Below are positions 22,069 through 31,905 of a stretch of 64,000 nucleotides of DNA, in pieces (positions within the stretch are counted from its first letter, which is position 1; each line of letters starts with the position of its first letter). The notes below the pieces were generated by a model. The model made no database searches. It was not told the DNA's origin and saw nothing but the letters and a program-made list of their open reading frames with translations. The position numbers and the translations under genes are program-made. Source of the stretch: Promethearchaeota archaeon (lineage in GTDB: Archaea > Asgardarchaeota > Lokiarchaeia > Sigyniarchaeales > SOKP01). The stretch lies in NCBI GenBank assembly GCA_016839555.1, contig JAEOUA010000010.1:256001-320000 (forward strand), written 5' to 3'.

Positions 22069-22623
22069 ATGAACGCAAAGATATTGATTACTGGACCTCC
22101 TAAATCTGGAAAATCCACCTTAATCCAAAATTTAATTAAAAATCTTAAAGGTGAATTTGAATTATCCGGCTTTCTAACTCCTGAAGTTCGCAAAAATGGT
22201 AAAAGAATTGGCTTTGATGTAGAAGACATAAATTCTAATATGAAACTCCCACTTGCTCGAAAAGGAGCCTATAGTTCTCAATATAAATTAGGAAGCTATA
22301 ACGTCTTTATTGATAAATTTAATCAATACTTAAATGAAACAATTAGACCAGCTTTAGATAAGTTAGATTTAAAGGAAAATAAAAAGACGATTTTAATTAT
22401 TGATGAGATCGGAAAAATGGAATTATATTCTAGACTATTTCAAACTATGTTAAAAACTATCTTTAACTCTGAAATTTGTATTATAGCAACTATTGGTCAA
22501 AAGATGAAACATCCAATCAAAGATTTTATTTTAAATATTCCATCAATTAAATTATTCAAAGTATCCCATAATAATCAAGAGGAAATATTGAGAGATATAG
22601 TTGCAATTGTCAAGAATAAATAA
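22069..22623 (+). CDS. THEP1-type nucleoside-triphosphatase
   Basis: ITGPPKSGKST, GFLTPEVR, IIDEIGKMEL. Confidence 0.9.
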   Translation: MNAKILITGPPKSGKSTLIQNLIKNLKGEFELSGFLTPEVRKNGKRIGFDVEDINSNMKLPLARKGAYSSQYKLGSYNVFIDKFNQYLNETIRPALDKLDLKENKKTILIIDEIGKMELYSRLFQTMLKTIFNSEICIIATIGQKMKHPIKDFILNIPSIKLFKVSHNNQEEILRDIVAIVKNK

Positions 22624-22789
22624 AAAATCTACTTTTTTAATATTCTAATCATCATAGAAAGCTTCAATAAATTTATTTTTATATTTCATAAATTTAAAGC
22701 TCTATATAGTTCTCCATTTTAACTATTTAATAAAATTCCTCTTTAAAATGTAATTAAAAGAGATATAATAGTAGGTTTATATCTTATTA

Positions 22790-23656
22790 ATGAGAAAAAG
22801 CATGAAAAAAATCACTTTAGGTCGGACACAAGAAAAAATACCGATTATTGGGCAAGGTACATGGGGTATCTCAAGATTTTTTAAGGACAACAATTATTAT
22901 GAGCAATGGAAAAAATCATTGAGAGCTGGTATTGAACTCGGAATGACGCACATAGATACTGCGGAATTCTATGGGTGGGGCAAGGCAGAGGAAATTGTAG
23001 GAGAAGTTATAAAAGAATATAACAGAGATGATTTATTCATTACAAGCAAGCTGTTTCCTATGCATTTAAGTAAAAGAACTATGAAAAAAGCTGCAGAAAA
23101 AAGTCTAAAACGATTAGATCTTGATTATTTTGATCTATATTTAATTCATTGGCCTAATCCACTCGTATCTATTAAGAAGCAGATGAGGGTTTTAGAAACT
23201 TTAGTTAATGAAGGAAAAACTCGTTATATTGGAGTGAGTAATTTTTCATTAGAGCAATTTAAAAGAGCTCAAGAAAGTCTTAAAACTGTAGAATTAATAA
23301 ACAATCAATTGAAATTGAATATAATAGACCAAGAGATCATGCACGATTCTTTATCATATTATCAAAAAAATGATATTATTATAACCGCCTATAGTCCACT
23401 TGGTCATAAAGGACTTAAGGATATTAATATCTGGTTAATGGACAAATTAGAAGAAATTGCGGAGCGTCATAATGCAACAATTCAACAAATTGCAATTGCA
23501 TGGTTGATAAGTCATAAAAATGTTATTACTATTCCGAAAGCATTTCATATTAATCATATTAAAGAAAATGCAGAAGCTGCTTCTATTAAGTTAACGAAAA
23601 GTGAAATCGAGCTTTTCTATAAAAAAGATTCAAATTTTATTTTAAATAAGCTTTAA
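22790..23656 (+). CDS. Aldo/keto reductase
   Basis: IGQGTWG, HIDTAEFYG, DLYLIHWP, IGVSNF, AYSPLG, IPKA. Confidence 0.93.
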   Translation: MRKSMKKITLGRTQEKIPIIGQGTWGISRFFKDNNYYEQWKKSLRAGIELGMTHIDTAEFYGWGKAEEIVGEVIKEYNRDDLFITSKLFPMHLSKRTMKKAAEKSLKRLDLDYFDLYLIHWPNPLVSIKKQMRVLETLVNEGKTRYIGVSNFSLEQFKRAQESLKTVELINNQLKLNIIDQEIMHDSLSYYQKNDIIITAYSPLGHKGLKDINIWLMDKLEEIAERHNATIQQIAIAWLISHKNVITIPKAFHINHIKENAEAASIKLTKSEIELFYKKDSNFILNKL

Positions 23657-23951
23657 GATTAATTTTGATGAATGAGCGATTCTTGGGATATATAATTTCG
23701 ATATATCTTAATATAGAGTGTTTTTTAATATCATACTATTTATTTTTATCAAATAACTCTAATTTTAATGTGCATTAATTAAAAAGTATTAAGAAATAGA
23801 ACAATTGAGAGATTTGCTAAAAATTATAAATAAGAAAATTCATATATATAAATTAATACACATTTTAAACACAAAATATTTCAAATTATTAAGAAAAGAT
23901 TTTTATTTTTCAAATTGATGAAAAATATAACGATTAATTAAATGAATAAGA

Positions 23952-24560
23952 TTGCCTTCTCAAAAAATTACCCTCTCAAATTATTTTAAAGAGGGTATAT
24001 ATTTCACATGCGAACAATGCGGAACGTGTTGCAAAGGGCGAGATAACGGAGAGGTTTATTTATATAAAGAAGATATAATTAGGTTAGTAGATAATTTAAA
24101 TAATAAGGGAAAAAATTATACCTTAAGTTCCTTTTCTAAAAAATATTTAAAAGTGGTACGAACAAGTTTTTATTGGGAAAAATCGAAACAAAGTAAAGGA
24201 AAAAATTACTCATATAAAGCTTTAGGATTTAAATTCATCGGAGATGACGAATATTGTCCTTTTCTTGTACAAGATCACATTTGTAGTGTTCATGAAGCCA
24301 GACCTTATCAATGTAGAGCCTATCCCATCGGATGGAATATGCTTATTAATAGTAACAGGAATTTTGCTAAATACTCTAAAGAATGTCCGGGGCTAAGAAA
24401 TTCACTCGAAAAAAAAGGGCATTATTATTCTCCCCAAGAAATTATAAAATGGGCAAGAAAGGAATATGAAATGGAAAAAGAATTTTTTTTAGAAATGAAG
24501 AAAAACAATTTCGATCTTTTTAAAGCATATCCCTTTTTACCGGAAGATATATCAAAATAG
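23952..24560 (+). CDS. YkgJ-family CxxCxxCC Zn/Fe-chelating protein
   Basis: CEQCGTCC, CPFL, CSVHEARPYQCRAYP, CPG. Confidence 0.88.
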   Translation: MPSQKITLSNYFKEGIYFTCEQCGTCCKGRDNGEVYLYKEDIIRLVDNLNNKGKNYTLSSFSKKYLKVVRTSFYWEKSKQSKGKNYSYKALGFKFIGDDEYCPFLVQDHICSVHEARPYQCRAYPIGWNMLINSNRNFAKYSKECPGLRNSLEKKGHYYSPQEIIKWARKEYEMEKEFFLEMKKNNFDLFKAYPFLPEDISK

Positions 24561-24847
24561 ATACTATTAAATCCCAATTACATTTTTAGTATTTACTTCT
24601 AATTAAAAGAGAAAAATCACTATCTTATTATTGCTTTTTTTAGATATTTTAAATTTCTCTATTCATATTTTTTATATAATTTTATATAGAGCGAATATCT
24701 CCCACTGAATAATATTTAATAAGAATTTTAGATGAATTCTCTACTTTTATGAATGATTAAGGTTTTTTTATTTTAGGAACTATTTTATAATAGATATTAA
24801 ATTAATACAATTATTATACAAAATACTCTAAATAAAGGTTTATAATC

Positions 24848-27238
24848 TTGAATATTGGCTTATTTCTTTGCGACTGCGGTAAAAATATTTCGGGAATAAT
24901 TGATAATGAAAAACTTGTTGATTATTTTACCAACTATCCCGATGTTTATGTTTTTCGGGAGCAATATTTATGCTCAGAACTAGGTTTAAAGGAAATAAAG
25001 GAGGAAATTGAGGAAAAACAAATCGATAGAGTAGTGATTGCTGCATGTTCTTTTAAATTACATGGCTCTTTATTTAGAAAGACTATAGAAAAAGCAGGCA
25101 TTAATAGGTTTTTAATATCTTTTGCCAATATTAGGGAACAGAACTCGTGGGTCCATGCAAATCAACCAAAAAAAGCAACTCAGAAAGCGATTGATCAAAT
25201 TAAAATGGCTATCGCACAAGTGAGATTATTAACTCCTTTAGAAGTCCAAACTGTTAAAACAATCCCAAAGGTACTTATAATAGGAGGAGGTATCGCTGGC
25301 ATAAAGGCTTCTTTGATCATTGCTGATGCAGGATTTAAAGTATATTTAGTTGAGCGTGAACCTACTATTGGAGGGCATATGGCTCTTTTTGACAAGACAT
25401 TTCCTACTCTCGATTGCTCAATCTGTATACTTGGTCCTCTTATGAGTGAAGTAAATGAGCATCCCAATATTGAATTATTAACATATTCCGAAGTTGAAAA
25501 AGTGGAAGGATACATAGGAAATTTTAAAGCGACAATTAAAAAGAAACCTCGCTTTATAGATGAAGATGCGTGTGTTGGGTGTTTTGATATATGCAGCGAT
25601 GTCTGTCCGATTGATGTGGAAAATTCTTTTTTCCCACGAAAAGCTATTGATGTTCCATATCCCCAAGCGATTCCACTTCTTCCCACGATTTTAGAAGAGG
25701 AATGTATAGGGTGTAAGGCATGTGCCCAAGCATGTGATAGAGATGCTATCGATTTTGACCAACAAGCAGAAGAGATCGAAATAAATATAGGCGCAATAAT
25801 AGTTGCGACAGGATTAAAAACATTTGATCCCACAATATTAGCTGAGCTGAACTATCAGAAGTATCAAGATGTGATTACGACTCTTCAATTAGAACGATTA
25901 TTAAATAATGACGGACCTACAAATGGGAAAGCAGTAATACCATCTACAGGAAAAACGCCTCGAAAAGTGTCCTTTGTGTTATGTGTGGGTTCAAGGAATA
26001 AAAAAATAAATCGTGATTATTGTAGTCAAGTATGTTGTAATGCTGCAATTAAACAAGCAGTTTTGTTAAAAAAGGAAAATCCTGATATTACTATTAATAT
26101 TTATTATACTGATATAAGAGCTGTTGGAAAGAATTGTGAAGAATTTTATAATAGGGCAAGGGAAGAATTTGGGATACGATTTATTAAAAGTAATATTTCT
26201 TCTATCGTAAAAAGTGATACCTCCGATGAATTAATCATTCGTGGAGAAGATGTAATTGAAAATGTTTTATTTGAACATAAAACTGAACTTGTTGTTCTTG
26301 CGGTTGGCATTGAACCAGCTGAGGGAACGGAGGAATTAAGCCAAATTTTAAATATATCCCTGGATCCCTATGGATTTTTATTGGAGAAACACCTTAAAGT
26401 AAAACCTTCAGAATCTTCTGTGAATGGAATATATATTGCTGGTGCTATTCAAGGACCGAAGGATATTCCCTCAAGCATAGCACAAGCGGAAAGTGCTGCT
26501 TCGAAGGCAATTGCTTTGATTTCAAAAGGTTTGGTTGAATTAGATCCTCATATCGTCTATTTTGACCCAGAAAGATGTGATTTGTGCCGTTTATGTGAAA
26601 ATATTTGTAATTTTAATGCTATTGAAATAAAGGATAATCAATTAAATTTAATCCAAGAAAATTGCTCGGGATGTGGGGCATGTGCAGCGATGTGTCCTAA
26701 TGATGCGCTTTATATTCCAGGATTTTCAAAAAATCAGCTTGCAGCTCAAATGGAAGCTTCTATAGAAGAAAAGAAGGAATTTCCTTTCATAATTGCCTTT
26801 TTATGTAATTGGTGCTCATATGCGGGTGCAGATATAGCAGGGATCTCAAAAATTCAATATCCCTCAAATATTCGAGCTATTCGAGTAATGTGCACTGCAA
26901 TGTTAGATCCCTCATTAGTATTTGAGAGCTTTTTTCATGGTGCTGATGGAGTTTTGATTGCGGGTTGTTATCCACAAGATTGCCACTATGATACAGGTTT
27001 TTTAAAAGCAAGCACTCGATATAAAAGCATTCGTGAAATGTTAGGTGAAGCAGGTATTAATGAAGAGCGAGTAAGGATTGAAAGTGTTTCTGCTGGGGAG
27101 GGTGAAAAGTTTTCAAGAATTGTTACTGAATTTAAAGAACAAATAGAAAAATTAGGGCCTATTAAGCCGAATGAATATTTAAAACCCATCCTTCAAAAGA
27201 AGAAAAAGGAGGAAAAAGCAAGACTAGATGAAATTTAA
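24848..27238 (+). CDS. hdrA: Heterodisulfide reductase subunit A-like flavoprotein fused to an MvhD domain
   Basis: CDCGKNI, ANIREQ, GGGIAG, KTFPTLDCSICI, CVGSR, CSQVCC, GPKDIP, ferredoxin motifs; MvhD tail AFLCNWCSYAGAD...GCYPQDCHY. Confidence 0.93.
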   Translation: MNIGLFLCDCGKNISGIIDNEKLVDYFTNYPDVYVFREQYLCSELGLKEIKEEIEEKQIDRVVIAACSFKLHGSLFRKTIEKAGINRFLISFANIREQNSWVHANQPKKATQKAIDQIKMAIAQVRLLTPLEVQTVKTIPKVLIIGGGIAGIKASLIIADAGFKVYLVEREPTIGGHMALFDKTFPTLDCSICILGPLMSEVNEHPNIELLTYSEVEKVEGYIGNFKATIKKKPRFIDEDACVGCFDICSDVCPIDVENSFFPRKAIDVPYPQAIPLLPTILEEECIGCKACAQACDRDAIDFDQQAEEIEINIGAIIVATGLKTFDPTILAELNYQKYQDVITTLQLERLLNNDGPTNGKAVIPSTGKTPRKVSFVLCVGSRNKKINRDYCSQVCCNAAIKQAVLLKKENPDITINIYYTDIRAVGKNCEEFYNRAREEFGIRFIKSNISSIVKSDTSDELIIRGEDVIENVLFEHKTELVVLAVGIEPAEGTEELSQILNISLDPYGFLLEKHLKVKPSESSVNGIYIAGAIQGPKDIPSSIAQAESAASKAIALISKGLVELDPHIVYFDPERCDLCRLCENICNFNAIEIKDNQLNLIQENCSGCGACAAMCPNDALYIPGFSKNQLAAQMEASIEEKKEFPFIIAFLCNWCSYAGADIAGISKIQYPSNIRAIRVMCTAMLDPSLVFESFFHGADGVLIAGCYPQDCHYDTGFLKASTRYKSIREMLGEAGINEERVRIESVSAGEGEKFSRIVTEFKEQIEKLGPIKPNEYLKPILQKKKKEEKARLDEI

Positions 27239-27351
27239 TAATGTTAGACTCTAAGATTTTATTTTTTAATAATCCTCTTTCTTAAGTGAAAAGTTCTAAA
27301 TATTAATAAACCTAAGGATAAATTATATTAATCAAAAGATTTAATCAAATT

Positions 27352-27810
27352 ATGATGGATGAAGAAATTTCCCGTGAAAAAAAAGAAAATGAATTAAAGA
27401 TTTTTAACGAGGCAGTTGAATATTTTAATCAATATGATGACATCAGCAACCATGAACCATTAAAATCTACTGAAATGTTTAATAGTATTCTTTTGCGAGA
27501 CCAAATGTTATCTGAGCTTAACAATTTAAAAGAATTAATTTTGAATAATCCTGATTCTAAAATAAGTCAGTTATCAACTGAGGAAAAAGAAGTATTTAAT
27601 AAATTTATGAAAGCATACTCTATATGTCCGATATGTGGAGGTCATAATCACTATTATAATCTTAAAAAAATATATTTTGATGAAGATGTAAGTGATTTAA
27701 AGGAATATTTAGTTGAAAATATGAATTCCAGAGAAAAAAAGATTGGAGCACTTACCGTGATTACAGGTATTGTATGTTGTGGTTGCTTCAAAAAGTATTT
27801 AAAACCTTAA
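27352..27810 (+). CDS. Hypothetical protein with a CPIC-x3-NH...GIVCCGCF putative metal-binding domain
   Basis: 152-aa ORF; C-terminal half aligns by eye with the C-terminus of the GTPase at 53481-54485. Confidence 0.75.
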   Translation: MMDEEISREKKENELKIFNEAVEYFNQYDDISNHEPLKSTEMFNSILLRDQMLSELNNLKELILNNPDSKISQLSTEEKEVFNKFMKAYSICPICGGHNHYYNLKKIYFDEDVSDLKEYLVENMNSREKKIGALTVITGIVCCGCFKKYLKP

Positions 27811-28217
27811 ATTTACAAATCATTTAAGTATTTAATAATTTCCCCGTTTTGGGTTATTTGAAAATAATTATTCTTGCTAACTTTATCCTTAACTACTTCT
27901 ACACAAAACGCTTTTTTTAAATAATCCAGATTATATTTTGAAACGTCTTTTTTATTTAGAATACTTTTATTTTTTAATTCTATGTATAAAAATAGCGCAA
28001 TTTAAAAATCAATGCTCTTAACTTGATATTATTATAGCTATTGTTAATGTTTTTTCTCAATATTTTTTTATATTAATTTTTCTACAAAATTTTTATTAGA
28101 ATTTTAATAAATTAAAAACCTCAAGTTTAAATAGTTCTTTTAAGATATATAATATTGAGAATAATATTAATAATATTAAAAATATAAATCATATCTTTTC
28201 CAAAGGAGTATAAAATA

Positions 28218-28340
28218 ATGTGTCTCCATTGTAATTATTGGAATGTTGAAAACCTCAAGAAGGCAAGCCCCAAACCTAAGTTAGAATCATCCTCAGAAGA
28301 AGTTAAACCCGTTTATCAAAGTACCCCTCATCAAGAATAA
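28218..28340 (+). CDS. Small 40-aa ORF (MCLHCNYWNVENLKKASPKPKLESSSEEVKPVYQSTPHQE), below the ORF-track cutoff
   Basis: AAGGAG SD-like motif at 28203-28208, ATG at 28218, TAA at 28338-28340; more GC-rich than the flanks; poly-T run downstream. Confidence 0.5.
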   Translation: MCLHCNYWNVENLKKASPKPKLESSSEEVKPVYQSTPHQE

Positions 28341-28432
28341 TTATCTTTTAAAATAACTCGAAACATTATATCATCTTACTAATAATCAGTGATAATTTGT
28401 TCACAGATTAAAGGAAATTTTTTTAATTTACC

Positions 28433-28452
28433 TTTTTTCTTTTTTTTTTTTA
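28433..28452 (+). terminator. Poly-T archaeal-type terminator candidate
   Basis: Nearly pure T run about 90 bp after the 40-aa ORF. Confidence 0.35.
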
Positions 28453-28580
28453 TATAAGCAAATTTTTTACCTTACAAATTCAAATTTTTAAAAATTAAAC
28501 TTCCAGTTTTATAAAATTAATCTCTCAAACTTAAGATGGTATGATTAATAATTTCAAAAAATGGAGAAAAAGATAGATTT

Positions 28581-29126
28581 TTAATAGATTCCACGATATT
28601 TTCGCCGGAGACTTATAAATAGACCTTTAAAAAAGGGGAGGTATATTAAGATTATTGCAATCACTATTGCTATAATATTTAAAACAATCCCGAGTATCGC
28701 AAATACACCCCCCATATCTATGAAAAGATTTTTTGACTCATTAGCGCGTAATTTTTGCCGTATCATTCTAGAAATAATACCTAATGAACAACCAGCAATA
28801 CTAGAGAGTATAGCAACTAGTCCAAACACCTCAGTCACCAATTTTAATTCTTCATCAAAATAATATGATTCATAAAAAATATAATATGTAGACTGAACAG
28901 AATTTCTTAGAATTAATATAAGAGCTAAACCGATAATTATAAAGATGATTGCTATTATAAAAGACGATAATCCGAGGATAAAACATCTTTTCGACTCTTT
29001 TATAGTAGTAACATCTGAATCAGAAGTTTTCATAGATATCCTCAAGTCTGCTCCACAATGGTCACAAAATTTTTGATCTGAAGACTTTAATTTTTCACCA
29101 CATTGAGGACAATACAAATTATTCAC
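28581..29126 (-). CDS. Zinc-ribbon + 3-TM membrane protein, array copy 1
   Basis: CPQCG...KFCDHCG, three TM helices; GTG start. Confidence 0.85.
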   Translation of the reverse strand: MNNLYCPQCGEKLKSSDQKFCDHCGADLRISMKTSDSDVTTIKESKRCFILGLSSFIIAIIFIIIGLALILILRNSVQSTYYIFYESYYFDEELKLVTEVFGLVAILSSIAGCSLGIISRMIRQKLRANESKNLFIDMGGVFAILGIVLNIIAIVIAIILIYLPFFKGLFISLRRKYRGIY

Positions 29127-29159
29127 ATATTTATTTTTATTATTATATATTACAATATT

Positions 29160-29226
29160 TTAGATTTCGAAAATAAAATTAAATGATTATATTATCAAAG
29201 AGAGGTTCTTATATAAAAATGTTACT
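29160..29226 (-). promoter_or_regulatory. Conserved array promoter/5'UTR, copy 1
   Basis: + strand TTAGATTTC...AATGATTATATTATCAAAGAGAGGTTCTTATATAAAAATGTTA; gives a TTTTATATA TATA box on the coding strand. Confidence 0.65.
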
Positions 29227-29382
29227 TCACTATCTCAATTGAAAAAATTTTGAAAAGTTAAAAAAAAAACTCTAATTTAATTTTTGTTGATAATAAAGCT
29301 TCTATATGATTGAGAAATATTTCCTCATCTAGAAATTACAATAAATTCTTGATATCATATGGAAAAAAAAGAAAAAATTTGA

Positions 29383-30006
29383 TTAATAATAAAAATAATA
29401 TCTAAGTTCTTCAAGGCTTGGAATATTTTTCATAAGTTCGTAAAAAAGTTGAAAATAAAAGGGGATAAAACATAATAGCACACCAATTATTAACCCATTT
29501 ATGTTTATAAAAATACCAAGCATTTCGAGATAACTACTTATCTTTATTAAACGATTATTTGATTCATTAATTAATCTTTTCTGTCTTATTATTTTAGCAA
29601 TTATTCCTAATATAATCCCCGCAACGCTAATTAATATAAAAACTATTCCGAGCATTAAACTTAAGGTTTTCAATTCTTCTTCTAAAATAAGTTCACCTTT
29701 GATAAAATAAAAACCCGCTTTAAAAAGTATCAAATCTAAAAAATTATATTCCCAATGGACAGAATTTAAAATTTTGAAAATAAAGCGTAAACCAATAATC
29801 ATGGAAATTAATCCTAATATAAAAGAAACTATTGCGAGAACAAAAGATATTATTATATACTTTTTGGATATTCCCTTTTTGGTTTCAGTAATTTTTGGTT
29901 GAGAAGATTTTGCTTTAATTTTCAATTCTGCTCCACAATATCTGCAAAACTTTTGATCTGGCGATTCTACTTTTTTACCACAGTTAGGACAATTCAATTC
30001 CTTCAC
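29383..30006 (-). CDS. Zinc-ribbon + 3-TM membrane protein, array copy 2
   Basis: CPNCG...KFCRYCG, three TM helices; GTG start. Confidence 0.85.
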   Translation of the reverse strand: MKELNCPNCGKKVESPDQKFCRYCGAELKIKAKSSQPKITETKKGISKKYIIISFVLAIVSFILGLISMIIGLRFIFKILNSVHWEYNFLDLILFKAGFYFIKGELILEEELKTLSLMLGIVFILISVAGIILGIIAKIIRQKRLINESNNRLIKISSYLEMLGIFININGLIIGVLLCFIPFYFQLFYELMKNIPSLEELRYYFYY

Positions 30007-30039
30007 GAATTTTATTTATATAAATATATATTAAATAAA

Positions 30040-30113
30040 TTAGATTTCACAGCTTTAATAAAATTAAATGATTATATACCAAAGAGATAATCTTATATAA
30101 AAAGGTTATCATG
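30040..30113 (-). promoter_or_regulatory. Conserved array promoter/5'UTR, copy 2
   Basis: TTAGATTTC...AATGATTATATACCAAAGAGATAATCTTATATAAAAAGGTTATCATG. Confidence 0.65.
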
Positions 30114-30287
30114 CTAGCTTTATAAATAAATCTTTTAAGATTCTAAAGGATTTTTGCATCCAAACTTTTCCCAAAAACAGTTATAATCTACTTTAAACTA
30201 TAAAAAAAACTCGATGATTGATATTAAAAAATCTCAAATCTAACAGAATAAAGAATTAAATCGCTCCAATAATAAAACTTATTTTAT

Positions 30288-30908
30288 TTAAAATCCATAC
30301 ATAAATTGATTTACGTGTATATTATACTCAAGAATATACTTGGGAATATATAATAAGATCCCTCCGATTAAAATACCTAATATACTCAATGCAATCCCTA
30401 CTATACCAAATATAAAACCAATTTTTCGTAATTTCTTACCTGCTGTTTCATCACGAGCTCTTTTCCTTATTGCCATAGCAATGATTCCTAATAGAGACCC
30501 AATAATACCAAAAATAATAAGTAATAAACCAAATAAATAAGCTCCCTGTTTTAAATCTTCTTCTAAAATATATAAAGGTTCAGGAACACCGAAATAAAAA
30601 CCTTCCTCTAAACACACCTTAACGTAAGTAAGTTCAGAAAACCCATATTCTAGGGAAACAGATGATCCTACGGAGAAAAAAACGGGTAAACCGATACTTA
30701 TGGAAAGTAATGCTAAAAAGATAGATACAGTTGCTAATCCAAAGAATATTTTTGAATATTCTCTAGTTGCTTTATTATTTTTATGAGAATTTTGAAACTG
30801 AGATTTTTCTCTATTTATATTCAATTCTGCTCCACAATTTCTGCAAAACTTTTGATCTAAAGACTCTAATTTTTTTCCACATTTAGGACAGCTCAAATTC
30901 TTCACCAA
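30288..30908 (-). CDS. Zinc-ribbon + 3-TM membrane protein, array copy 3
   Basis: CPKCG...KFCRNCG, three TM helices. Confidence 0.85.
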   Translation of the reverse strand: MVKNLSCPKCGKKLESLDQKFCRNCGAELNINREKSQFQNSHKNNKATREYSKIFFGLATVSIFLALLSISIGLPVFFSVGSSVSLEYGFSELTYVKVCLEEGFYFGVPEPLYILEEDLKQGAYLFGLLLIIFGIIGSLLGIIAMAIRKRARDETAGKKLRKIGFIFGIVGIALSILGILIGGILLYIPKYILEYNIHVNQFMYGF

Positions 30909-30937
30909 TTTTATTCATATGAATATTCTTAAATAAC

Positions 30938-31011
30938 TTAGATTTCGAATATTTAATAAAAGTTAATTTTTATATTACCAAAGGGATAATCTTATATAAA
31001 AATATTATCAT
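30938..31011 (-). promoter_or_regulatory. Conserved array promoter/5'UTR, copy 3
   Basis: TTAGATTTC...TATATTACCAAAGGGATAATCTTATATAAAAATATTATCAT. Confidence 0.65.
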
Positions 31012-31110
31012 TGGGCTTTTTTAAATATTTGTTTGGGATATTAAAAAATAATGCATATTATACTATTTTCAAGACATATGATTCATTAAATTCTAGACCA
31101 ATCAGAGATC

Positions 31111-31659
31111 TTAAAAAACGGCGACAATAAAGGGCATTGATCTATATAGGATAATTCCGAAGATGATTCCTACTACACTTATAGTGATCCCCAATATTCC
31201 AAAAATTCCCCCAATTTTAACTAATCTACCATTTAGATCATAAGATACTGCTTTTCGTCTCAATAACAGAGAGCTACTTCCTAATAAAAGACCAGCAAGA
31301 CTTAATATTATAATCCCTATTCCAATCACATGAAGATATCTCTCTCTTTCCTCACTTCCAATGACTCCCCAAGAAGGAAAAATTGTACTCTCATAGCTTA
31401 TCATACCAAAACTAGAATATAGAGATGCTCTTATGGATAGAATAAAAGCTAGACCGGTTATTGTAGTAGATAATGCTAAAAGAAAAGAAATTAATGCAGT
31501 TATAAAGCATATTTTTGAATAATTTTTAGTTTTGGTTTCTTTTTCAAGGGAAATTTGGGGCTGAGAAGCATCAGTAGGCAATTTCAAGTCTGCTCCACAA
31601 TATCGACAAATTTCTTCATTAGGAGTATCCAATTTTGCTCCACAATTAGGACAATACAT
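31111..31659 (-). CDS. Zinc-ribbon + 3-TM membrane protein, array copy 4
   Basis: MYCPNCG...ICRYCG, three TM helices. Confidence 0.85.
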   Translation of the reverse strand: MYCPNCGAKLDTPNEEICRYCGADLKLPTDASQPQISLEKETKTKNYSKICFITALISFLLALSTTITGLAFILSIRASLYSSFGMISYESTIFPSWGVIGSEERERYLHVIGIGIIILSLAGLLLGSSSLLLRRKAVSYDLNGRLVKIGGIFGILGITISVVGIIFGIILYRSMPFIVAVF

Positions 31660-31701
31660 CTTTTTTGCTTTTTCTATTTAATTAATTATATTTAAGAAAT
31701 A

Positions 31702-31776
31702 TTAGATTTCAGAAATTAACAAAAATTTAATGATTATATTATTAAAGAGATAGTCTCGTATAAAAATGTTATCATG
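31702..31776 (-). promoter_or_regulatory. Conserved array promoter/5'UTR, copy 4
   Basis: TTAGATTTC...AATGATTATATTATTAAAGAGATAGTCTCGTATAAAAATGTTATCATG. Confidence 0.65.
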
Positions 31777-31905
31777 TTTAGATTTTTAATTGAATTTGAT
31801 TATTGAGAATAAAAAAAATAAACGTAATTTTAGAAAATAAGATTGAAGTTTCAGCCGTTCCAGAATTCAAAGAAAAACATCGAAAAATCATTTGACCTTG
31901 GAACT

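Noticed and set aside
28581-31776. The array as a CRISPR, DGR target set or integron cassette array
   Set aside because: No short repeat-spacer units, reverse transcriptase/template repeat, integrase or attC-like hairpins were seen; the repeated non-coding parts look like promoters.
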